From Pseudomonadota bacterium (GTDB lineage: Bacteria; Myxococcota; JACRCW01; JAFGSX01), in the NCBI GenBank assembly GCA_043821645.1, contig JBDRCO010000101.1:1-64000 (forward strand): a stretch of DNA of 64,000 nt, given 5' to 3'. The translations under genes were made by a program, and so were the position numbers. The notes beneath the pieces were generated by a model that had not been told where the DNA came from, searched no databases, and saw only the letters and a list, made by a program, of their open reading frames with translations. Position 1 is the first letter of the stretch; each line of letters opens with the position of its first letter. Of the stretch, positions 1 through 8,006 are shown in pieces.

Positions 1-109
1 CCACGGTCTTTGGCGCCTTGTCCCAGTAAAGCTCGGCCACCATGTCGCCCATTGAAGTCTTGAAGGTGGCCTACAGCTTCTGCCCTGCCTGAACTCCGAA
101 GTCTGTCAT
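1..109 (-). pseudogene. Cyclophilin-type peptidyl-prolyl isomerase, N-terminus (runs off window), interrupted by in-frame TAG at codon 13
   Basis: Manual translation from ATG at 109: MTDFGVQAGQKL*ATFKTSMGDMVAELYWDKAPKTV. The part after the stop resembles the cyclophilin N-terminus (..ATFKTS.G....EL..DKAPKTV). TAG at 71-73; in-frame restart ATGs at 52 and 43. Confidence 0.65.
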
Positions 110-222
110 GAGGTATCCCCGTCCGGTGAAGTGAAGCACGATCCATAGCCAGCCTGGGCGTCCCTCGCAAGGCGCGTACATGCCTCGTTGTCTCGGCGCG
201 AGGGCGACGCTACCCTGCGCAG

Positions 223-1110
223 ATGTGGATCGCAGCACCCCTGTTCTGCGCGCTGACCGTGGCGGCGAGCGACGGACAACCCTCGTCGCTGGCCCTCGCC
301 TGGGTTGCCGAGGCCCGTGGAGGCCCTCCCCGCGGGCTCGTCGCGAGCTTCGTGGACCTGTCGGAGCCTGGCGCACCCCCTCCTCGTCGCTATGCCTACG
401 CCGCCCAGTTGTGGCGAGGCGAGCAGACCGATGCTGTGCTGCGCTTCGCAGAACCCACAGGTGGCGCTGTCGCAGTGGGTGTCCGTTTCGAGGCCACACC
501 GGCCCTCGAGGGCTTTCCAGAACGAGAATCCCTGGGCCTGCGCTGGCGCAGCGACGATCGCATCGAGCTGCGCGTCGGAGCCGAGCGCCCCTGGCAGCTG
601 CTCACCGAGGCTCTGGTTCTCCCGGAGGGTCCGACTGCGGACAGCTCGGTCTGTCGCCTGACCGCGACCCGCGCCACGCTCCGCGGTCCCGGCGAGTTGC
701 GCCGCGGGCTGGCTCTGGTCGAGGTCTGTGATCACGGGACGCCCGTCGTTCTGCTGCGGCCAGGTGCCGTCCTGCTGGTCGACGAACAGGGCGCTGGAAC
801 CCTGTGGTGGCCTGACCAGGCCCAGGTCTTCGCGCTGATCCCTGGCCAGGCCCCGGGTGCGCCCGGCGCGGGCGCGCAGGCGCAGATCGTCGATCGCAGG
901 CCATGCCAGGCGAGCTGGACGCCGCGGGTGATGCGACTTGTTGTCGACGACAGCAGCCTGGTGCTGGAGCCGACGCTGACCCAGGACCCTGGCTCGTCCC
1001 TGGCTGTGGACAGCCCACGCCTGGGCTGCAGTGCCCTGCTCAGCGGTCTGCGCCTCGACAAGAATCGCGTGCAGGGTGTGAACGCGCTGGTGATCCCTGT
1101 GGACCGCTAG
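223..1110 (+). CDS. Hypothetical secreted protein
   Basis: 295-aa ORF with hydrophobic N-terminus (MWIAAPLFCALTVAA). Its stop overlaps the convergent OmpA gene stop (CTAG at 1107-1110). Confidence 0.6.
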   Translation: MWIAAPLFCALTVAASDGQPSSLALAWVAEARGGPPRGLVASFVDLSEPGAPPPRRYAYAAQLWRGEQTDAVLRFAEPTGGAVAVGVRFEATPALEGFPERESLGLRWRSDDRIELRVGAERPWQLLTEALVLPEGPTADSSVCRLTATRATLRGPGELRRGLALVEVCDHGTPVVLLRPGAVLLVDEQGAGTLWWPDQAQVFALIPGQAPGAPGAGAQAQIVDRRPCQASWTPRVMRLVVDDSSLVLEPTLTQDPGSSLAVDSPRLGCSALLSGLRLDKNRVQGVNALVIPVDR

Positions 1111-2138
1111 CGCAGCCGGTTCCAGTGCCCGTCAAAGCCCTGGATCTCGACCCGCGGCTCGTTGACCGAGATGATGTACTCGGCGCGCCTGTTGCGCGGC
1201 TCGTCGGTGTTGTCAGGGGTGGGCACCAGCGGTGCTTCCTCGCCGAAGCCCAGGTAGTAGACGTCGACCTGGAGCCCCTTCTTCTTGAAGGCACTGGCGA
1301 TGGAGCGCGCCCGCCGGTTGGACAGGTCGCGGTTGAAGCCCTTGTCGGCGACGGTGTCGGTGTGGCCAGCGATGTACAGGTTGGGCTTGCCCCACTTGCC
1401 GTACTTGGCCAGGGCCTGGGCGATGGCCTGGTAGCTGGCGTCGAGCTTGACCGCCTCGTCCGCCGCGATCACGTCGCTGCCCGAGGCAAACCGCACCTCC
1501 TCGTGCTCGATGGGATAGCTCCACGGAAAGAAATGCTGCTCCTTGAACACGCCGTCGCTGCAGGTGGGCTTGATCACGATGCGCAGGACCGGGCCAGGCT
1601 TCTGTTCCCAGCGAAAGGTCAGGGGCGTGTTGGGCGGCGCGCCATGGTGCTCCGTCGTGAGCTGGGCGAGCACGCCGTCCTCACCGTCGATCTCGATGTC
1701 CAGCTTGTCCACCTCGCAACCGATGCGCACGGTGCCGGTCTTGCCCGCGAGGTCCAGATCGTTCTCGGTCATGTTCACCGCGAACTGGCCGCTGGTGACC
1801 TCGACGGTGAACTCCAGGGGCATGGCGGCCTCGTTGTCCTCGGAGAACACCACCACCAGCTCTCCCTTATAGCTGTGCACGCCGATGTCCTGGTCGAACT
1901 CGATGGCGGCCTGCTTGCCAAGCTTGGGCTTCTGCACCGCGGTGTTGACCTTCTTCCCGTCGTCACGGGTCAGGTGCAGCTCGATGCGGCGCACCTTCTT
2001 GTTGGGGGTCACCAGCACCGCCGGCCGGTTCTTTTCCTTGAGCACCTTCAGGCGCGCGGCCACATCCACGTCGTTGGCCCGCAGGGGCGTCGACAGCAGC
2101 AGGGCGAGGGAGAGCGAGGAGAGGATGAGGGTACGCAT
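1107..2138 (-). CDS. OmpA-family peptidoglycan-binding protein
   Basis: Signal peptide; C-terminal OmpA motifs VRFASGS, IAGHTD, NRDLSNRRA, GFGE, NRRAE. Confidence 0.9.
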   Translation of the reverse strand: MRTLILSSLSLALLLSTPLRANDVDVAARLKVLKEKNRPAVLVTPNKKVRRIELHLTRDDGKKVNTAVQKPKLGKQAAIEFDQDIGVHSYKGELVVVFSEDNEAAMPLEFTVEVTSGQFAVNMTENDLDLAGKTGTVRIGCEVDKLDIEIDGEDGVLAQLTTEHHGAPPNTPLTFRWEQKPGPVLRIVIKPTCSDGVFKEQHFFPWSYPIEHEEVRFASGSDVIAADEAVKLDASYQAIAQALAKYGKWGKPNLYIAGHTDTVADKGFNRDLSNRRARSIASAFKKKGLQVDVYYLGFGEEAPLVPTPDNTDEPRNRRAEYIISVNEPRVEIQGFDGHWNRLR

Positions 2139-2234
2139 CGCCAGACCTCCGGGCGCAGGCTAGCACGGAGCGGCAGGGTCTGGGTACGGTGCCGCGCGTG
2201 GTGCGAGCGGTGCACGTACACCAGGGGCGGCGGC

Positions 2235-3218
2235 TCAGGGCAGGGGCACGCTGCTCGAGCCAAGCGGGCAGTAATTGATCTCGCGCGGCTGCATGGGCTG
2301 GCAGCTGCGGCTGCCGCAGGTGGCGCCGCTGCAGGTGTCGGCGTCACAACTCTGGGGAGCTGTGCAGTCCCCGGCGCTGTAGCAGGTCGTGCCACTGGAC
2401 GAGCACACGTTGCTGCAGTCACTTGCGTCCTGGCAATAACCGCCGCCCTGGCCGCACTGGCCCACGCAGTCTCCGTCGTCCTGGCAGGCCGAGCCGTCGC
2501 CACAGGCACCGAGCCCGCACTCGCTGGACTCGCACTGCACATCGGCGCTGCAGGTCTGGCCTGCTCCCAGCCGCGCTTTGCAGGTGCCGTCACAGATCAG
2601 GTTCTCGGCGCACTCGTACGACGAGTTGCAGGCGGTGCCCGAACCCTTGAGCGAGGCGCACTGGCCGCCATCACAGAACAGGCCGCTGGCACAGCCGAGG
2701 CTTCCGCACGACTCTCCCTTCTTGGCCAGTGCCTTGCATTTTGCCTCGATACACACTGTGTCGACGGCGCATTCGAAATCCCAGAAGCACTCCTCGCCCG
2801 AGCCCTGGGCGCCCTCGAAGGGGCTGTCCGAGCAGGGCTCGGCCATGGGCGATTCCTCGGCCACGATCACGCACTTGCCATCCTTGGGGCGCGAGGCGTC
2901 AAAGCAGGCCGCGGCCGTCTCCTTGTTGAAGGTGCTGCGCCCCTCGGACACCGAGTAAATAGGCTCGGCGTAGTAGCTGCGGCACAGCAGTTCCATGTCT
3001 TGCTTGCAGCGTCCCTCGTCGTTGACATTGTCCTCGGCCAGCAGGGACTCGCGCTGCCGGCTCGAGCAGCACTGGATCATGTTGGCGCACATGAGGCTGG
3101 CCCATTCGGAGCAATAGCTGTCCGCCGACCCGAACAGGCCGAAGCAGCCACTCGAGCCAAGGCTCGCCAGCAGCGCGATGACGAGACCGGGTCGAGCCAG
3201 AGATACTCGTTGGTGCAT
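2235..3218 (-). CDS. Cys-rich secreted lipoprotein (Dickkopf/EGF-like Cys repeats)
   Basis: Start re-assigned to ATG 3218 after AAGGGGGG; lipobox-like LGSSGC; dense GxxC-xxxxxC repeats. Confidence 0.75.
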   Translation of the reverse strand: MHQRVSLARPGLVIALLASLGSSGCFGLFGSADSYCSEWASLMCANMIQCCSSRQRESLLAEDNVNDEGRCKQDMELLCRSYYAEPIYSVSEGRSTFNKETAAACFDASRPKDGKCVIVAEESPMAEPCSDSPFEGAQGSGEECFWDFECAVDTVCIEAKCKALAKKGESCGSLGCASGLFCDGGQCASLKGSGTACNSSYECAENLICDGTCKARLGAGQTCSADVQCESSECGLGACGDGSACQDDGDCVGQCGQGGGYCQDASDCSNVCSSSGTTCYSAGDCTAPQSCDADTCSGATCGSRSCQPMQPREINYCPLGSSSVPLP

Positions 3219-3506
3219 CACACCCCCCTTGACGTGAATGGCGAGAAGTTCGCTCTGGGCGGGGAGCAGACCACGGGGCCGCACCTGGGGGCAAGGTCGT
3301 GTGCTGTTGTCAGCGAGATCTCAGAAAACCGATGATCTGCGGTGTGGACGACTCACATCCTGTGGGTTCAAGGGGGCGCAAATCGTGCAGCATCTAGGTG
3401 GGCGTCCTCCCGAACTCTGTGATAAAAAGAAAAGGGTCAGCAATCACGGGAAGATCGCGGCTGTACCCGCGGTCCGGAGCCAACTACGGTCGGTGATCAT
3501 CACGAA

Positions 3507-3529
3507 TGGCCAGAGCTATGCAAGTGCCA
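3507..3529. promoter_or_regulatory. Two overlapping, oppositely oriented sigma54-like -24/-12 elements
   Basis: Plus strand 3507-3522 TGGCCAGAGCTATGCA; minus strand 3529-3514 TGGCACTTGCATAGCT. Both have GG-N10-GC spacing and lie between divergent genes. Confidence 0.4.
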
Positions 3530-3630
3530 CTCGCGAGGTCCTGTCCAGAGCTCTGGCCGAGGCAAAGCTGCCATGCTGGCGAGACGGCTGAACAGGGCAG
3601 GCCCCAGGGCCGAGTCCGTGGTGAGGAACA

Positions 3631-4758
3631 ATGCGCAAGATCCTTGAAAAGGTCGGTTTCACACCCCGCATCTGCGTCTGGGAGCTAACCCTCGCCTGCA
3701 ACATGCAGTGCGGTCACTGTGGATCTCGCGCAGGCAAGGCACGCCCCGACGAGCTGAGCTCCGAGGAGGTCCAGCGCGTGGCCAACGAGCTGGCGGACCT
3801 GGGATGCAAGCGCGTCACCCTGAGCGGCGGCGAACCCATCCTGCGCAAGGACTGGCCCGAGATCGCGCGCACCCTGACCGGGCGCGGGGTCAAGGTCAAC
3901 ATGGTGTCCAACGGCTGGGCCTGGACCCCCGAGACCGTGCGCACGGCCAAGGAGGTCGGGCTCGCCAACGTGTGCTTCAGCATCGACGGCCTCGAGGCGA
4001 CCCACGACGCCATCCGCAAGCCGGGCTCCTATGCCCGGGCCATGAAGGCCTTCGAGTACTGTCGCGAGCTCAAGCTGCCCACGGCCTCGATCATGACCAT
4101 CAACCGCCGCAACCTCGGCGAGATCGACGCCGTGCACGACATGCTGGTCGAGATGGGCGTCACCCTGTGGCAGCCGCAGCTGTCCGACCCCATGGGCAAC
4201 CAGCGCGACAACATCGAGTGGGCCTTTCACCCCGAGGAGCTGCCCGAGATCGAAGACAAGCTGGGCGAGATCATGCGGCGCTCGTCCATGCGCGTCACCG
4301 TGGGCGACAACATCGGTTTCTATGGCCCCAACGAGGAGCTGTTCCGCCAGGAGTCGACCTTTGGCTTCTGGGTCGGCTGCTTCGCCGGTTGCCAGGTGGT
4401 CGGCATCGAGGCCGATGGCAACATCAAGGGCTGCCTGTCGCAGCAAGACCCGGCCTTTGTCGAGGGGAATGTGCGCACCGAGTCGCTGGCGGACATCTGG
4501 TGCAGGCCCGGCGCCTTTGCCTTTAACCGCGAGTTCACCACCGAGCAGCTCGGCGGCTTTTGTGCCGAGTGCCGCTACAACGACATCTGCCGCGGTGGCT
4601 GCACCTGCTCGGCGCACTTCGCCTCGGGCAACAAGTTTGACAATCCGTTCTGTGTGTATCGCGTCAATGAACTTAAAAAGCGCGGAATTGTTGAAAAAAT
4701 TGGTACAGAGCGGGATATCGACGTGGAAAAGCTGCCCATCCAGCCGATCGCTCGATAG
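3631..4758 (+). CDS. Radical SAM/SPASM peptide maturase, PlpX (splicease)-like
   Basis: WELTLACNMQCGHCGSRAG (CxxxCxxC), SGGEP, SIDGLEATHD, WQPQL, GDNIGFYGP; SPASM cysteines GCFAG..GIEADGNIKGC, CAEC-x5-CRGGC, NPFC; GAGGA RBS; directly upstream of small YG-rich peptides. Confidence 0.9.
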   Translation: MRKILEKVGFTPRICVWELTLACNMQCGHCGSRAGKARPDELSSEEVQRVANELADLGCKRVTLSGGEPILRKDWPEIARTLTGRGVKVNMVSNGWAWTPETVRTAKEVGLANVCFSIDGLEATHDAIRKPGSYARAMKAFEYCRELKLPTASIMTINRRNLGEIDAVHDMLVEMGVTLWQPQLSDPMGNQRDNIEWAFHPEELPEIEDKLGEIMRRSSMRVTVGDNIGFYGPNEELFRQESTFGFWVGCFAGCQVVGIEADGNIKGCLSQQDPAFVEGNVRTESLADIWCRPGAFAFNREFTTEQLGGFCAECRYNDICRGGCTCSAHFASGNKFDNPFCVYRVNELKKRGIVEKIGTERDIDVEKLPIQPIAR

Positions 4759-4806
4759 GGAGCGGATCGCCCCTGGGGGGTGTACAATGAGTGAGCGGAG
4801 GAAGCC

Positions 4807-4989
4807 ATGACAGAGCGAGAGATGCGGACCAAGATCGACAGCGTGCTCCGGGATCTCGAAGTGCAAGAGCTCGAGGAGCGCATCGCACCCGTCAAGTGCG
4901 ACAAGAACCCCGACGCGCCCGAGTGTGCCCCCGTGGCGCGCTACGGTGTGGTCGAGGACCCTGTGGTGCGCTACGGCATCGGATTCTAG
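4807..4989 (+). CDS. RiPP precursor peptide A1 (60 aa; 2 x RYG)
   Basis: MTEREMRTKIDSVLRDLEVQELEERIAPVKCDKNPDAPECAPVARYGVVEDPVVRYGIGF; GGAGG RBS; paralog of the next two ORFs. Confidence 0.9.
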   Translation: MTEREMRTKIDSVLRDLEVQELEERIAPVKCDKNPDAPECAPVARYGVVEDPVVRYGIGF

Positions 4990-5011
4990 ACGCGATTCGC
5001 AGGAGGCTGAC

Positions 5012-5206
5012 GTGGACGACAGCAAGATGCGCGACAAGGTCGATCAGGTGCTCAGGGACCTCGAGGTGCAGGCGCTCGAGGAGCGCATCGCACCGGTCAA
5101 GTGCGACAAGAATCCCGAGGCCCCGGAGTGCGGCATCGTGGCCGAGTACGGTGTGGCCCTGTACGGCATTCAGCCGGACTATGGCATCGATCCGGGTGGT
5201 GGTTGA
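5012..5206 (+). CDS. RiPP precursor peptide A2 (64 aa; EYG, LYG, DYG)
   Basis: GTG start at 5012 after AGGAGG (5001-5006): MDDSKMRDKVDQVLRDLEVQALEERIAPVKCDKNPEAPECGIVAEYGVALYGIQPDYGIDPGGG. Confidence 0.9.
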   Translation: MDDSKMRDKVDQVLRDLEVQALEERIAPVKCDKNPEAPECGIVAEYGVALYGIQPDYGIDPGGG

Positions 5207-5235
5207 GCGACGCCACGGTAGTGAGGGAGGCTCTC

Positions 5236-5430
5236 ATGAATGATCGCAGCATGCGCGATCGCATCGACCACGTGCTGGCGACCCTCGAGGTGCAAGCGCT
5301 CGAAGAACGCATCGCACCGGTCAAGTGTGACAAGAACCCCGAGGCGGCCGAGTGCCAGGTGCAGCCCATGTACGGCGTCACCATGTACGGCATCGAGCCC
5401 ATGTATGGCGTCGACCCGGGCGGCGGCTGA
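5236..5430 (+). CDS. RiPP precursor peptide A3 (64 aa; 3 x MYG)
   Basis: ATG at 5236 after GGGAGG (5225-5230): MNDRSMRDRIDHVLATLEVQALEERIAPVKCDKNPEAAECQVQPMYGVTMYGIEPMYGVDPGGG. Confidence 0.9.
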   Translation: MNDRSMRDRIDHVLATLEVQALEERIAPVKCDKNPEAAECQVQPMYGVTMYGIEPMYGVDPGGG

Positions 5431-5446
5431 GCGCTGAACCCCGACC

Positions 5447-6658
5447 TTGAACCCTCCCGTTGCTGAGCCCGGGCCCGCGCCCGCGCGGCCACACCTTCGA
5501 ACCGATCTGCAGCTCGCTCCCGCGGTCGAACGCGGTGAGCCGTGCACCTACGTGCGCGATCCCGTGCGCCGGAGCTTCTACAGGTTGGGGGACACGGCGC
5601 TGCGCGCGGTGCAGCTGATGGACGGTGAACACGACGCCCGCAGCATCGCCGCCGAGGTCTCGGCCGAGCTCCACGTCGACATCCCGGTGGCGTCCATCGA
5701 GAAGCTCATCACCACCCTCGACGGGCATGGCTTCCTCTCCAATGGATCACCACCTGCGCCTGCTTCCCGCGTGCGTGGTGGGGTGTTCTTCCTCGTCATC
5801 CCGCTCATCGATCCCGATCGCTGGTTGCAGATCCTGGCTCCGCTGTGGCGCGTGCTGGTGTCGCGCCCGGTGGCCGTCGTCATCGGCGTGCTCATCACGG
5901 CGGGCGCGCTGTTGCACCTGCCGTGGCTGGGAGGGGCGCACACCTGGACCGGCGGCACGCTTGGGATGCGCGACCTGGTGGCCTTTTACCTGGTGGTCTC
6001 CGCCGCCATCGTGCTGCACGAACTCGGTCACGCGGTCACGCTCAAGGCCATGGGCGGCGAGGTCCACGAGATGGGCCTGCTGCTGCTGTACCTGCAACCC
6101 TGCTTCTACTGCAACGTGAGCGACGCCTACCTGCTGCCGCGCCGGCGCCGACTGTGGGTCTCCTTCGCCGGTCTCTACGTCGAGCTCGGGGCCTGGGGCG
6201 CGGCCTCGCTGGTGGCCCAGGCCCTGGGACCGGACCATGCCGCGGGGCGGGTGGCGCACCTGGTGACGACGGTGATCGGGCTCAAGGCGCTGCTGTTCAA
6301 CCTCAACCCGCTGATCAAGCTCGACGGCTACTACCTGCTGGTCGACCTGGTACAGATCCCCAACCTGCGCCAGCGCGCCTTTTCCCACCTGGCCCGGACC
6401 CTCGGCCTGCGCCGCGGTGACGACGGGCCCACCCCCCGGGACACGAGGGAGAAGGGCATCCTCCTGGCCTACGCGAGCCTGGCGCTGCTGTTCCTGGTGG
6501 GGCTGTTCGGGGTGCTGGCGCAGCGCCTGTGGCGGGTGCTGCAGGACGGGGAGTGGACCGTCTCGGTGCTGTTCCTTGCAATCATCTGCGCTTTCTTGCT
6601 GCTGCGCGGGTTGCGTTTCGCGTTCGGTCTGCGCCGCGCCGGGTCCGCGCAGGTCTGA
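5447..6658 (+). CDS. PqqD/RRE domain fused to site-2 (M50) membrane metalloprotease
   Basis: N-terminal LRTDL..YVRDPVRRSFYRLGDTALRAVQLMDGEHDARSIAAEV..LDGHGFL has the PqqD/RRE pattern; HELGH zinc motif; NLNPLIKLDGY motif; several TM helices. Start codon (TTG) uncertain. Confidence 0.85.
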   Translation: MNPPVAEPGPAPARPHLRTDLQLAPAVERGEPCTYVRDPVRRSFYRLGDTALRAVQLMDGEHDARSIAAEVSAELHVDIPVASIEKLITTLDGHGFLSNGSPPAPASRVRGGVFFLVIPLIDPDRWLQILAPLWRVLVSRPVAVVIGVLITAGALLHLPWLGGAHTWTGGTLGMRDLVAFYLVVSAAIVLHELGHAVTLKAMGGEVHEMGLLLLYLQPCFYCNVSDAYLLPRRRRLWVSFAGLYVELGAWGAASLVAQALGPDHAAGRVAHLVTTVIGLKALLFNLNPLIKLDGYYLLVDLVQIPNLRQRAFSHLARTLGLRRGDDGPTPRDTREKGILLAYASLALLFLVGLFGVLAQRLWRVLQDGEWTVSVLFLAIICAFLLLRGLRFAFGLRRAGSAQV

Positions 6659-6660
6659 AC

Positions 6661-7026
6661 TCAACCCCAGCGCCCCGCCGAGCTCGACGACGGCAGCCGC
6701 CCCAAGTCGCGATCCATGCGCCGGCTCAGCTTGTACCAGCGCTGCACCGAGTTCTCGAGCAGGGCATAGTGGAAGATGTATGGCACGAGCAGCGCGAGCA
6801 GCAGCACCAGCAGCACCAGGCTCCACAGCTGTGGCCGGGCCAGGTAGATGACGAAGGCCGCCAGGCTGAATACACCAAAGGCGAGCAGCACCAGCAGGTG
6901 GGCCAGGCGTTCCGCCTGAAGGTATCCCACTTGCCTCTCGTGATAGGCGCGAAAGCGACTCAGGGTGCCCGGCTCGGCCAGGGCCAGTTCCGCGGCGGTC
7001 TCGTGTTCGCGGATGAAGTGCTTCAT
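6661..7026 (-). CDS. Small membrane protein (2 TM), hypothetical
   Basis: MKHFIREHE..QAERLAHLLVLLAF..PYIFHYALLENSVQRWY; start re-assigned to ATG 7026. Confidence 0.7.
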   Translation of the reverse strand: MKHFIREHETAAELALAEPGTLSRFRAYHERQVGYLQAERLAHLLVLLAFGVFSLAAFVIYLARPQLWSLVLLVLLLALLVPYIFHYALLENSVQRWYKLSRRMDRDLGRLPSSSSAGRWG

Positions 7027-7161
7027 GGCGGGCTCCGGGGCGCGTCGGTGCGTTGCCCTGGAGCACAGCACGGACAGCGCCTGGCGAGAAGCCCGACGCC
7101 GCGACAGCGTGGACCGGAGAGCGCGCGGGGGGTATGGTCCACGCCGTCCCCGGGAGCGTGC

Positions 7162-7941
7162 ATGGACCTCGCCGTCGAGAACTACTGCAACGATATATGG
7201 CCTCTGGTCTACGAGCCCTACTACGCCGAGGACCACGCCAGGGAGTTCCCCTTTTACAGCGCCGTCGCCGCCGAGCGCCCGGGTCCGGTGCTCGAGGTGG
7301 GAAGCGGTACCGGCGTCCTGTTCTACAAGCTGCTGCGTGGCGGTGTCGACGTGCAGGGCATCGATGTGTCGCCCACCATGCTCGACGCGCTGTACCGGGC
7401 GGCGCGCGACGATGACGAACGTGTACAGGCGCTGCAGCGGGTGCGAATGCAGGACATGACCGCGCTCGATCTGGAGACCCGCTTCTCGCAGATCTTGGTG
7501 CCGGCCCGGGCCTTTTTACACGTCGCCGCGCTGGAGGCACAGCTGGCGACCCTGCGCGGCTTTCATGCCCAGCTCGCCGAGGGTGGCCGCCTCGCCCTCA
7601 ACTTCTTCGTGCCCGACCTGCAGCAGATCCTGGACGCGCATCGCAGCCCGCAGGAAGAACCCTTCGACGCCTTCGTGCATCCGCGCAGCGGCGCACCCAT
7701 CGAGCTGACCATCCGTCGCGAGGTGCCGGACCTGAGCGCGCAGCGGTTCATCGTGACCTGGCGTTTCAGGTGGGAGGACCAGGAGCGCGTCACCCGCATG
7801 GATCTGCGCTGGGTTCACCGTGACGAGTTCGAGCTGATGCTCCGGCTGGCTGGGTTCCGGTGCTGGAAACTGTTCGGCGAGAACGATCGCTCCGGGTTCG
7901 GGCCGCACAGCAACGAGATGTTCTGGCTCGTCGAGAAGTAG
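7162..7941 (+). CDS. Class I SAM-dependent methyltransferase
   Basis: VLEVGSGTG, GIDVSPTML, QDMTALDL, LAEGGRLAL; start re-assigned to ATG 7162. Confidence 0.9.
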   Translation: MDLAVENYCNDIWPLVYEPYYAEDHAREFPFYSAVAAERPGPVLEVGSGTGVLFYKLLRGGVDVQGIDVSPTMLDALYRAARDDDERVQALQRVRMQDMTALDLETRFSQILVPARAFLHVAALEAQLATLRGFHAQLAEGGRLALNFFVPDLQQILDAHRSPQEEPFDAFVHPRSGAPIELTIRREVPDLSAQRFIVTWRFRWEDQERVTRMDLRWVHRDEFELMLRLAGFRCWKLFGENDRSGFGPHSNEMFWLVEK

Positions 7942-8006
7942 CCAGGGCTCGCGCCCGCGACGGGTTGTGTGATAGCACTGGGTCGCCACCGTGGAGGACA
8001 CGACGC

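Noticed and set aside
71-73. Genome-wide TAG or TGA reassignment
   Set aside because: Many clearly complete genes here end in TAG (1110, 4758, 7941, 49029) or TGA (6658, 14641, 19019), some overlapping neighbouring genes.
4807-5430. Three ~210-bp spaced DNA repeats as a CRISPR array or non-coding repeat
   Set aside because: Units are open frames with RBSs and synonymous differences; no cas genes; they are paralogous peptide genes.
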